27,776 nt of DNA. It comes from a virus. Lineage: Duplodnaviria; Caudoviricetes. This document shows, in pieces, positions 7,218-15,305 of the stretch. The position numbers and the translations under genes were made by a program. The notes under the pieces are model-generated. The model saw only the letters and a list, made by a program, of their open reading frames with translations, did not search any database and was not told where the DNA came from. The stretch is taken from positions 1 through 27,776 of the IMG/VR virus record IMGVR_UViG_3300044446_000044. One strand, 5' to 3'. Within the stretch, counting starts at the first letter, position 1. Every line of letters starts with the position of its first letter.

Positions 7218-8072
7218 TCATTTCCCTAGGGACAGAAATCGATTCTTGACCTGTCCAACGAACTCGATAAACCGGGGATCCTCCGAGATACCCCGATGCC
7301 AGCAGAGATCGAGGGCGGCCAGGTCGTATTGTTCGACAAGACGGGCGCCGGGGAGAAAGCTTCCAGGCGATGCCGGATCCGCCTCCAACCCCATCAACCA
7401 GACGGTGTCGGAAACGCTCATCCCTTCCGTCACGTCATGCGTGACAATGATGATTGTGTTCAGTTCGTCAAGTGTCGACACTTGCGTGATCAGCTCGCAG
7501 GCCCGTCGCTTGTTGATGAGGTCCAAGCCGGAAAAGGGTTCGTCCATGACCAGGAAGTGGTCAGAGCACATCAGCTGACGGATGATTGCGATCCGCTGAC
7601 GTGTGCCTCCTGACAGGTCTCGAGGATAATACTTCCGATACTTCCAGACGTCGAACGAGTTCATCAACGACAGACCCTTCTCCTGGATCTCGTTCGGCCT
7701 CAGCCCAGCCTGCTTTCCGGCTGTGGTCAGATTATCCTCGACGGTCATAAAATCGAACAGCGGATATGCCTGCGGCACCATTCCGACCATGCCCTTACGG
7801 ACGGTCGAGAACTTGATCGACGATGGAGTCGACGACGTGTTCACCTGGACGGAGCCAGACGACGGCTGTTGCAGCCCCGCGATAATTCGGGAGAGGAGCG
7901 TTTTTCCAACGCCCGACGGACCGAGAAATGCTATGACCTGTCCCTGCTGGAGATCAGGGCGTACGATGTTCTCAATCGTCGCGTTGACGTCTCTGAGGAT
8001 CAACGTCCCGCTGAGCGTGAGTGAGACGTGATCGATTCGAAGGATCGTCTCGCGCTTTTCGTAGACGCTCAC
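7218..8072 (-). CDS. ABC transporter ATP-binding protein (NitT/TauT-like)
   Basis: Walker A GPSGVGKT, Q-loop MVPQ, signature LSGGTRQR, Walker B/D-loop VMDEPFSGLD, H-loop VTHD. Confidence 0.95.
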   Translation of the reverse strand: MSVYEKRETILRIDHVSLTLSGTLILRDVNATIENIVRPDLQQGQVIAFLGPSGVGKTLLSRIIAGLQQPSSGSVQVNTSSTPSSIKFSTVRKGMVGMVPQAYPLFDFMTVEDNLTTAGKQAGLRPNEIQEKGLSLMNSFDVWKYRKYYPRDLSGGTRQRIAIIRQLMCSDHFLVMDEPFSGLDLINKRRACELITQVSTLDELNTIIIVTHDVTEGMSVSDTVWLMGLEADPASPGSFLPGARLVEQYDLAALDLCWHRGISEDPRFIEFVGQVKNRFLSLGK

Positions 8073-8851
8073 TTCGTCCTCCGCGCATACGGACAGATGA
8101 CCGATCGAAGCCAGACCAGCGTGAAGTCCTGCGCGAGTCCTACGAGGAGGACGGTCGCCGCGACGGCGTAGACGACACCGTATCTCATATATTTCTGCTG
8201 CTCGAGGATTAGGACGCCAAGTCCACCTTCGGTTCGGATGAAGCCTTCGACAAACATAATCGACGACCAGCCCATAGCCGCGTTGTCACGAACTGCGTCT
8301 ATAGCTTGTGCGACGGTTCCGCGAACGACGACGTACCAGGTCACGGTCCATTCGCTCATCCGGAGGGTTCGAGCGTCATCGAAGGCCGCGGAGGGGATCG
8401 CTTCCACGACTCCGACCATAGTCGTCGTGAGGAAGAATGTTTCTCCCAAGGCCAGCATGAGGACTTTCACTTCGTGGCCGGAGGACGTTGCGAAGAGGAG
8501 GAGGAGGAAGAAGACCGCAGGGCTCAGGAAGCGGAGCTTCGAAACGGCGATGGCTACTGGCCGGATGATCGGTGTCAATGACAAATACGCCAACGGCAAG
8601 GACACGATCGTGGACAGCACAAGAGCTTCCACGTTCGTGGAGAAGGACGAAACGACTTCCGCTCCGAGTCCCTCCCTCGACCACAAGTCTGGAAACTCCG
8701 CCAAGACTTCCAAAGGCGTAGGGAAGACCGTCGGTTTGAAGAACGTCCAGTACGTAAGCCAGACGATCGTCCACCCGACGATGATCAGCTTGGCGGTGTT
8801 ATCGGAGACGGCCTCATTCGGCGTGATGATTGCCCGAGCCTCGCCTGTCAT
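8069..8851 (-). CDS. ABC transporter permease (NitT/TauT-like)
   Basis: About six hydrophobic segments; FPTPLEV motif, EAA-like loop FDDARTLRMSEW, GGLG motif. Confidence 0.9.
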   Translation of the reverse strand: MTGEARAIITPNEAVSDNTAKLIIVGWTIVWLTYWTFFKPTVFPTPLEVLAEFPDLWSREGLGAEVVSSFSTNVEALVLSTIVSLPLAYLSLTPIIRPVAIAVSKLRFLSPAVFFLLLLFATSSGHEVKVLMLALGETFFLTTTMVGVVEAIPSAAFDDARTLRMSEWTVTWYVVVRGTVAQAIDAVRDNAAMGWSSIMFVEGFIRTEGGLGVLILEQQKYMRYGVVYAVAATVLLVGLAQDFTLVWLRSVICPYARRTK

Positions 8852-8892
8852 CTTGCCTCCACCAGTGGTGCAGCCGCGTCAATGGTCATTCG

Positions 8893-9123
8893 CTATTCGC
8901 TCCTCAACTCGTTTCGGACCTGCTCTAGAGCTTCAGGATGATATTTCTTCAGAAATCGGGCGACCAGAATCGGCCAGCCGTCGTCTCGTCGATGTCGGAC
9001 TTCCTCCAGCTCTTCGATCGTGCGAAGCTCTGTGGAAGAGACCGTCACGCGAACCTCTGCTGAATACGCTGAAATCGGGCGTGGCGCCTTGTGCTTCCGC
9101 TTGATGACGATAATCAGAGACAT
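8893..9123 (-). CDS. Hypothetical protein
   Basis: 76 aa; ATG immediately follows the upstream stop. Confidence 0.6.
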   Translation of the reverse strand: MSLIIVIKRKHKAPRPISAYSAEVRVTVSSTELRTIEELEEVRHRRDDGWPILVARFLKKYHPEALEQVRNELRSE

Positions 9124-9792
9124 TCAGCGCGCCACCCAGACGCGGTCTGTGATCCGTTGATATGTTGACTGAAGCTCGTAGTAGATCCTCTGGGCCAGCC
9201 TCTTGACCGGATTGTTGATGGCGGTCCAGACGAGAGACCAAGGCCAATAGGCGATCCAGGCGAGAAACCGACCCTTATGCTCGAGTGTGTCCGTTTTCTT
9301 CGCCGCGACGACGGTCCTCCACTCGTCTTGGAGTTCTGCAGGAACGGTCGTTCCCGACGCGTGTTTCGAACGGAGGAAGCCTTCTCGTACCTTAGCGAAC
9401 TTGTCCGTCTCTACCACCCACCACTTGACAATCGACCATAGGCCGCCGGCCACGAAATACGCGGCGAGGAAGACGATCGACTTCCACGGATGGTGGAGGA
9501 GGTACGATCCGACCTTCACGTTGCCGAAGGCCTGTAACAGTCCTAGGATGATGATGATCGAGATTGTAACGACGACCCCGCCTGTCTCGTCGTCTTCATC
9601 ATCCAACGCCCAGAAGATGAAGATGGATTCCAGGACGACGATCGCCCAGAAGAGCGTCGTCCCGAAGAGGAGGTTGGCTGCCAGGAAGCCAGCTGTCGTA
9701 GCCCACGCGACTGCGAGAACTGCCACGGCCGGGACGTAGAGGAAGTAGCCGATCGCTGCGATGACGATTATCACTCCGAGGTAGAAGGTCAT
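9124..9792 (-). CDS. Multi-pass membrane protein
   Basis: Five to six hydrophobic segments; Trp-rich C-terminus WIAYWPWSLVWT; ATGA overlap. Confidence 0.8.
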   Translation of the reverse strand: MTFYLGVIIVIAAIGYFLYVPAVAVLAVAWATTAGFLAANLLFGTTLFWAIVVLESIFIFWALDDEDDETGGVVVTISIIIILGLLQAFGNVKVGSYLLHHPWKSIVFLAAYFVAGGLWSIVKWWVVETDKFAKVREGFLRSKHASGTTVPAELQDEWRTVVAAKKTDTLEHKGRFLAWIAYWPWSLVWTAINNPVKRLAQRIYYELQSTYQRITDRVWVAR

Positions 9793-11591
9793 TTCGTCCC
9801 CAGGATGATGGTCACCCGACGATTCTTCGCGCGGCCGGTTTCTGAGGCGTTCGAATCAACGGGCATCGTATCGCCGAAGGCCTTGACGTTGATGCGGGCT
9901 GCGGGGAAGAGAGCTGGGGCTTTCGCCGTTAGCCAATTCTTCACAGCGAACGCTCGAGCTTCGCTCAGGGCTTTGTTTGCCACGGCGTTCCCCACGTTGT
10001 CGGTATGCCCATCGATCTCGATCGAAAGAGAACCTATCGAGACGGCCTGGAAGAGTTCGTCCAACGTCGCTCGGGCAGCTGGAGTGAATGAGGCCTTGCC
10101 TGTGTCGAATGTAATCGACCAATCGCGCTTCGCGACGACGTTCTCCTTTTCGATTGCGCCTTCAGAGAACGAAGCCGTTTCCGAGGGAGTCGTGGACATG
10201 CGCTTCGCGAGGGCTTCGATGTATTGCGTGTTGACGACTTCCTCAACAGGAGGGTAGTCAGCCACGAGCCGCGGATACTGTTGCTTGACGATCTTGCCGA
10301 ACCCGTCATACGTCGCGTTGAAGAGCGAAGACTTCAGACTGCCTCCCGATCCTTCGGCCAGACCGAAGAACATGAGGTTGTCTCCGAGATTCGCGGTACG
10401 CGACCCGCCGAGTGGGATCGGCAAGCCTTTCCGATCTGACTCGATCACTCCCTTATAATACTTCAGCCAGTAGGTGGCAGACTCCTCTTTCAAGATCGCG
10501 AACTGTGCGAACGACGCCCTCTTCAGCGCCGCGTCATATGTCCGAATCTGATTCGAGCCGTCGAACGCGGCGGCCAGCATCTCTTCGACCTTCTTCGGAT
10601 TCGCCTTCCCCCATTTGCGTATTCCGACGACCGTCGACGGCATCTGGTTCGCGTTTTCTTTGGTCGAGAGAATCTTGACAATCCCACCCTTCTGATGGGC
10701 AACGGTCACGTCTCCAGGCGTCCACGTAACCACTCCCTGAACACAAGCATGCTTCTTCTCGCCTGTCTTCTTTCCGTCGCGAACAACTTCACGATCCTCA
10801 CAATAGCCGGACGTGAACAGCTCTCCGGCCTTGACGAAGTCATCCGTCGCAGCCCAGTTCAGCGCGTCGGGGTCCCAAGTCCGCTCGTCGGGATTGTTCT
10901 TGACCTTGTTCTGGAGAAGGTAGTAGAGGGCGAGGTTCCAGTCGCCGTCTCGAAGGACTCCTGCGACGAGTCCGCCTTTCATCGTCGACGGATCCAGCTT
11001 CCAGTCTTCCGGTCCCATGAAGGCGTCTTCGCCGGATATGGAATTACCGGAGAAGCCGACGATCCCGACGACTTCGGCGAAATATTCCGATCCGAGCTTG
11101 GCGACGCCTGTGTTGATACCGGCCACGTACTGTGCCGCCCCATCTCCCATGATAATCGCGTAGTGTACGCCGGAGGCCGGATTCGCGTCGGACGCGAGAG
11201 CATTGGCGAATTTGACTTGTTCCGCCTGCGTCACGTTCTGATCGTTCTGTCGAGCGATCATCAAGCGAATTCCGTGCTTCTCCATCAGTGAGCCCGTCGT
11301 GGTCATCGGCCCGCCGTTGGCGAAGGCCAGGCCGAAAGTCGCATTCCACGGAATCGTGTTCAAACGGATCTGCGGTCCGCGGGCAGCCGCCGGAGCGGTC
11401 GCTGGAAGAGGAACTGCGTCGGTCGTCTCCGCTTTCGACGCCGGAGCGTCGGTCGGCAGACTGAATTCTTCCGGCACAACCGACTTCTGTACGAACCGTC
11501 CGGGCAGCATGTTCAGCTGAACAGCAATGACATACAACACGAGCGTGCCTACAGCCGCTAACCCGACTTTTGTCATCCACGTGAGCTTCAC
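9789..11591 (-). CDS. Membrane-anchored periplasmic solute-binding protein fused to C-terminal OmpA-like peptidoglycan-binding domain
   Basis: True start GTG at 11591 (GGAGG RBS, GTGA overlap); N-terminal TM; SBP-like core (VTWTP); OmpA motifs FDTGKA, IDGHTDNVG, LSEARA and NRRV. Confidence 0.88.
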   Translation of the reverse strand: MKLTWMTKVGLAAVGTLVLYVIAVQLNMLPGRFVQKSVVPEEFSLPTDAPASKAETTDAVPLPATAPAAARGPQIRLNTIPWNATFGLAFANGGPMTTTGSLMEKHGIRLMIARQNDQNVTQAEQVKFANALASDANPASGVHYAIIMGDGAAQYVAGINTGVAKLGSEYFAEVVGIVGFSGNSISGEDAFMGPEDWKLDPSTMKGGLVAGVLRDGDWNLALYYLLQNKVKNNPDERTWDPDALNWAATDDFVKAGELFTSGYCEDREVVRDGKKTGEKKHACVQGVVTWTPGDVTVAHQKGGIVKILSTKENANQMPSTVVGIRKWGKANPKKVEEMLAAAFDGSNQIRTYDAALKRASFAQFAILKEESATYWLKYYKGVIESDRKGLPIPLGGSRTANLGDNLMFFGLAEGSGGSLKSSLFNATYDGFGKIVKQQYPRLVADYPPVEEVVNTQYIEALAKRMSTTPSETASFSEGAIEKENVVAKRDWSITFDTGKASFTPAARATLDELFQAVSIGSLSIEIDGHTDNVGNAVANKALSEARAFAVKNWLTAKAPALFPAARINVKAFGDTMPVDSNASETGRAKNRRVTIILGTK

Positions 11592-12565
11592 TGTCTGCCT
11601 CCGGTCTTCGTTTTGACGTTGTCGTTGTCTGCCGTGATGTTCGATGAAAGTGGTTCTGCGAGGGCCTTTGGAGAGGCAGCAGCCGCGAGGCGCGCTCTGG
11701 CTGCATCGGCGTCGACCTCCCTCTGCAGGCGCTCCTGCTCGACGACGGGATCTGCCTGTCGGAGCAGTTGAACGATCTCTGCTTCGGCCTCGGACGACTG
11801 ACGTTCGATCTCTTCGACTGCCATATCGATGACGTCGAGATCTGCCGACCGACCGAAGAAGGCGCGATACGACTTTGCTTGGGCAGCCTCGGCCTTTAGC
11901 GCGTCGAGCTGGATCGCGTAGACGTGTTTCTGGGTTTCGAGATTCGAAAGTCCGCGAAGCGCCATCTGATGGGCTTCTTCGATCTTCAACTGCCGAGCCT
12001 TTTGCTTTGCTAACATCGGTTCGAGCGTACCTGCGGCTTTTCTCCACCGTTCCGAGGCCACGAAGTGGAGATCGACATCGGCCTTGGCCTTCCCCGCCTT
12101 CTCCAGCATCTGAGCGAGCCGCTCTTCATTCTCCGCCTGATCGAGGACGCCCGACTTCCGGTCTGGATGCCGAATCTGTTTTTCCAAACGGGCCGTGGCC
12201 GCGTTGGCTTCGCGTTGACGGTCTTCAGCCTCCTCGATCCGGGCATCAAACCGACTGATAGCTACGTCAATCGCACCGATCGGGTCAGACTGAACAACTT
12301 TCCGTCTGATCGACCGGGCAATCATTTTCATCTTGAGGTAGAATGCATCCCTCGAAAGAAACGCCTGCCCCGCGAGGATCATCATGAAGACGGCGACGAA
12401 GAGCAGACCGAAGAAGACGACCGTATCCTTCGCGAGCTCGACCAAGAACGGCATGATGATGTAGAGACCGTATCCCGCCCCTCCGAGGGCTAGTAGTATC
12501 CCCGCAAACATCATCCCCAGGACGACCTTGTCATATTTCTTCAAGGCGATATCAGGAACATCCAC
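11588..12565 (-). CDS. Two-TM plus long coiled-coil protein, PspA/IM30-like
   Basis: Two N-terminal hydrophobic helices, DPIG motif, then about 220 aa of Ala/Glu/Arg-rich heptads; AAGGAG RBS. PspA similarity is inferred from architecture only. Confidence 0.7.
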   Translation of the reverse strand: MDVPDIALKKYDKVVLGMMFAGILLALGGAGYGLYIIMPFLVELAKDTVVFFGLLFVAVFMMILAGQAFLSRDAFYLKMKMIARSIRRKVVQSDPIGAIDVAISRFDARIEEAEDRQREANAATARLEKQIRHPDRKSGVLDQAENEERLAQMLEKAGKAKADVDLHFVASERWRKAAGTLEPMLAKQKARQLKIEEAHQMALRGLSNLETQKHVYAIQLDALKAEAAQAKSYRAFFGRSADLDVIDMAVEEIERQSSEAEAEIVQLLRQADPVVEQERLQREVDADAARARLAAAASPKALAEPLSSNITADNDNVKTKTGGRQ

Positions 12566-12606
12566 TTGCCGTCTCCTTCCACTAATTGACTTGTGACGTA
12601 AATCGT

Positions 12607-12635
12607 ATTCTATTCCAATCGTCGTTCGATTTCCA
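12607..12635 (-). promoter_or_regulatory. Putative sigma70-type promoter for the envelope/ABC module
   Basis: Minus strand TGGAAA-17 nt-TAGAAT, about 40 nt upstream of the 12565 start. Confidence 0.4.
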
Positions 12636-12906
12636 GGGACGGCGGGACGTCCAGTAAGCCTTCATGAAGTTTGGATAGTCGACAACTAGTCATGTCGAAT
12701 CCTAACGACCCTCCATCCGAGCCTTCGATGTGATTCTGCCGAGCGGCCTCCGGATCCGCAGGAGCTCCCGACCAGAACTTCTGCGCACAAACCTCCCGCA
12801 TCTTCTCACGGATAATCTCGGCGAGACTCGGGAACGACATGTCTTCCACACGTACAATCTGGGGAACAGCCGCCGCGGCGTCCATCGAGGGGTCTATAAA
12901 TCCCAT
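12610..12906 (-). CDS. Hypothetical protein
   Basis: ATG at 12906 with GGAG; 98 aa. Confidence 0.5.
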   Translation of the reverse strand: MGFIDPSMDAAAAVPQIVRVEDMSFPSLAEIIREKMREVCAQKFWSGAPADPEAARQNHIEGSDGGSLGFDMTSCRLSKLHEGLLDVPPSLEIERRLE

Positions 12907-14321
12907 GCAATTGGCTCCAAAATGTACTCCTTCGTCACGGCATTCCACGCAACCAGCTTACTGTCCCTGAGAGTAGCCATCGCGCGTTTGAATTGCTCAG
13001 CATTCATATGAGAGCTGTTTGATCGAAGAAGCGCCGAATGTTCGATCGTGCCGCCTGCGGATCGAAGGTCGCGTAAGATCCGAGCGTGATCCTCTCCCGT
13101 TGCAGATGAAGTCAGTTGATCGAATGTACCAGGGAGGTATGCCTCTAGCCAACCGAGGATGCGTTCAGCATACATCAGATCCTTGTCGTTCAGAACGAGA
13201 TCCTTCTCATCCGTCATCGCCGCAATCTTCATTATCATCGCCACGCGAAGCATGTGGTCGGGCTTACGCTCGAAATATCCGGCAAAACGCTTGTCTCCGG
13301 CTAGCGCTGCGCGAGTGTCGTACCAGTTTCGGTACCAGGCGTCGCCGTGTGGTGTGAGGGTGAACATTCCGCGCTTGGCTTTGATCTTCGACAGCTTGGC
13401 GATTAAGATCTTCCGGATCTCCGGATCAAGTGGAGGGGGAAGCGGAAAGGAACGGGGAGTCGAGTTCTGAATGACAAACAGAAATCGACTCATGAACCCT
13501 CCGCCGAACGAGTCTGCGGGGATGGAGGTCTTCAGCCAGTCAGCGGTTGAGCAGAGAAGGGCGGAGAGAGCCACGTTCGTAAGAGACGTATCCCCTCTTC
13601 CAATCGTCTTCGACACCCATTCATCAGGACAGTCGAAAAGCGCTGTCAGCAGGGGAACCATCCCCTCCTGATATTTCTGCTTCCCAAGGAAGACGGCAAG
13701 CTCCGGAGCGTAGATCAACCCTGTTGCATTCACCTGGGTCTTCAGCGCGTCGACGAACGCTTCTGGAGTCGTCTTGTCCGCTAAGACCGTTCCTCCGACC
13801 TTTGCCAGAAGGCGCGTCCCAAGATTACAGGCGGACGTCTTTCGACAGCGTCCTGTCGGTGCGATTATCATCACGCAGAGGTTGGGAAAGACTTTATACG
13901 CCCCTTTATCGAAAGAGATGGAGCGTCCGAGTGCCGAGCCGATCACGGTTGCAGCAACGAAGAAGTGAAACGCGGTTGGTGGTTCCGTTTGGCGGGTCCA
14001 TCGAACGTACTCAGCGATCCAGCCTTCCTCTGGCATCAAATCATCGAAGTCTGCCCGTCTGTCGATCTGCCTGAGAACCGACGCGATCTCTGCAAGAGAC
14101 TTCGAAAAGACCTGGGAGATCATCGACAACAGAGCTTCCGGCCGTTGTCCTTGCGGGAGTTCTAGCATCCAGGTACAGACGTCTGTAAACAACTCCTCCG
14201 TTGCGCGGTTCCGAGGAAGTGCTGAGAGCATTGTCATCATGCGTGATATCTGTTGTCCTACCGACAGCTTCTTCGTCGATGGGACATTCCGGAGTGCTAC
14301 CGGATCAGGGATTTTCGTCAT
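12894..14321 (-). CDS. DUF3987/YfjI-type P-loop NTPase (probable replicative helicase) with C-terminal winged helix
   Basis: EPP..FH, NL.VMIIAPTGRCRKTS, TTPEA, PEL and GGGFMSRFLFV motifs. Confidence 0.8.
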   Translation of the reverse strand: MTKIPDPVALRNVPSTKKLSVGQQISRMMTMLSALPRNRATEELFTDVCTWMLELPQGQRPEALLSMISQVFSKSLAEIASVLRQIDRRADFDDLMPEEGWIAEYVRWTRQTEPPTAFHFFVAATVIGSALGRSISFDKGAYKVFPNLCVMIIAPTGRCRKTSACNLGTRLLAKVGGTVLADKTTPEAFVDALKTQVNATGLIYAPELAVFLGKQKYQEGMVPLLTALFDCPDEWVSKTIGRGDTSLTNVALSALLCSTADWLKTSIPADSFGGGFMSRFLFVIQNSTPRSFPLPPPLDPEIRKILIAKLSKIKAKRGMFTLTPHGDAWYRNWYDTRAALAGDKRFAGYFERKPDHMLRVAMIMKIAAMTDEKDLVLNDKDLMYAERILGWLEAYLPGTFDQLTSSATGEDHARILRDLRSAGGTIEHSALLRSNSSHMNAEQFKRAMATLRDSKLVAWNAVTKEYILEPIAWDL

Positions 14322-14328
14322 CCGTTTT

Positions 14329-15069
14329 CTACGCGGTACATACTGACTTTAGGATACGAATATTCTGTTCAACCGCGCGGACTTGCGCTTCGGTTAGATT
14401 ATCGAGATTTAAGAGGTCGGAAGACGCTAGCTTCGCACCACGAAGTGTGCCGGCGTTGTCATCGATCCGTCGAAGCTCGACTCCATGCTTGACACATTTA
14501 CCGGTGTCGACAGACCAATCGATCAAGGGCGTCTCACGAGCGATTTCCACAAATGAGCGGAGCTCGGAAAGTTCGTTCACGCCCAAGAGGTGGATCCTCT
14601 TCCACTGCCGGAGGATCGTTGCCTTGTTTTCATGATACCACATGAGTCGGTCTTCTCGATACGGGAGGAGCAACATAGACGCCGACGAAACGTTTCGAAG
14701 GTAGTTCTTACGCTCCGCAGATGAGCGTCCGGCCATCGACACGCCGACGGAGAACTCTCCTCCGATCGTGGTTAGCGTCTCTTGGAAGGACTTCTCGTTC
14801 CACTCCGGTTCTCCGAGCTTGTCCGGGGCTATGATAGTATCCGCCTTACATCGGCGAGCCGCCTCCAGAAGATCGGCGATCGGCAGTGGATGGCCGAGTT
14901 CATGAAGGGAGTTGTCCATAAGTAGCTCCCGCGAGGTAGGCCGAGATGCGAAGTAGCCCGCATAGGTCTTGTCTTCTAGGACCTTGTGGGCTAATACGAA
15001 ATCCATATCGCAGAACGGCGACCACCACTGAAGGTAGGCCGACGGCACTTCGAGCGACATCCGGATCAT
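14329..15069 (-). CDS. TGT-fold protein, putative DpdA-like deazaguanine DNA transglycosylase
   Basis: LLMDNS, IIAPDKLG, IHLLG and SVDTG occur in the order of the TGT/DpdA conserved motifs; GGAGG RBS and ATGA overlap at 15069. Confidence 0.65.
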   Translation of the reverse strand: MIRMSLEVPSAYLQWWSPFCDMDFVLAHKVLEDKTYAGYFASRPTSRELLMDNSLHELGHPLPIADLLEAARRCKADTIIAPDKLGEPEWNEKSFQETLTTIGGEFSVGVSMAGRSSAERKNYLRNVSSASMLLLPYREDRLMWYHENKATILRQWKRIHLLGVNELSELRSFVEIARETPLIDWSVDTGKCVKHGVELRRIDDNAGTLRGAKLASSDLLNLDNLTEAQVRAVEQNIRILKSVCTA

Positions 15070-15284
15070 ACATCCTCCCGCGCCGGCGTGTCGAGCCATT
15101 CTCGATCGGCTCGTCGAGGAATGTAGCGAGGACGTTCTTCTTCGTACATGATCTGAGCGAGCATGGCCGCTTCACGAGCTTCGGTGGGAGTTGTGACGCC
15201 TTCCCTCATCGCACGGTGGAGCTCATCGACAAGACGGTGGAAGAGGGCGTCGGTCAAGTATCGTTCACGCGGAGTCATTGGCAT
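15066..15284 (-). CDS. Small helical hypothetical phage protein
   Basis: 72 aa; AGGAG RBS; RY..D..F..LVD...TP.E.R.AA pattern. Confidence 0.7.
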   Translation of the reverse strand: MPMTPRERYLTDALFHRLVDELHRAMREGVTTPTEAREAAMLAQIMYEEERPRYIPRRADREWLDTPAREDV

Positions 15285-15305
15285 AGTGGCTCCTATCGGC
15301 GGCGT

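Noticed and set aside
8848-8889. 13-codon mini-ORF (MTIDAAAPLVEAR) overlapping the permease start
   Set aside because: Too short to support as a gene, although it could serve translational coupling.
11592-12047. Arg-rich 152-aa N-terminal extension of the 752-aa ORF
   Set aside because: It overlaps the coiled-coil gene in another frame; the true start is GTG at 11591 with GGAGG.
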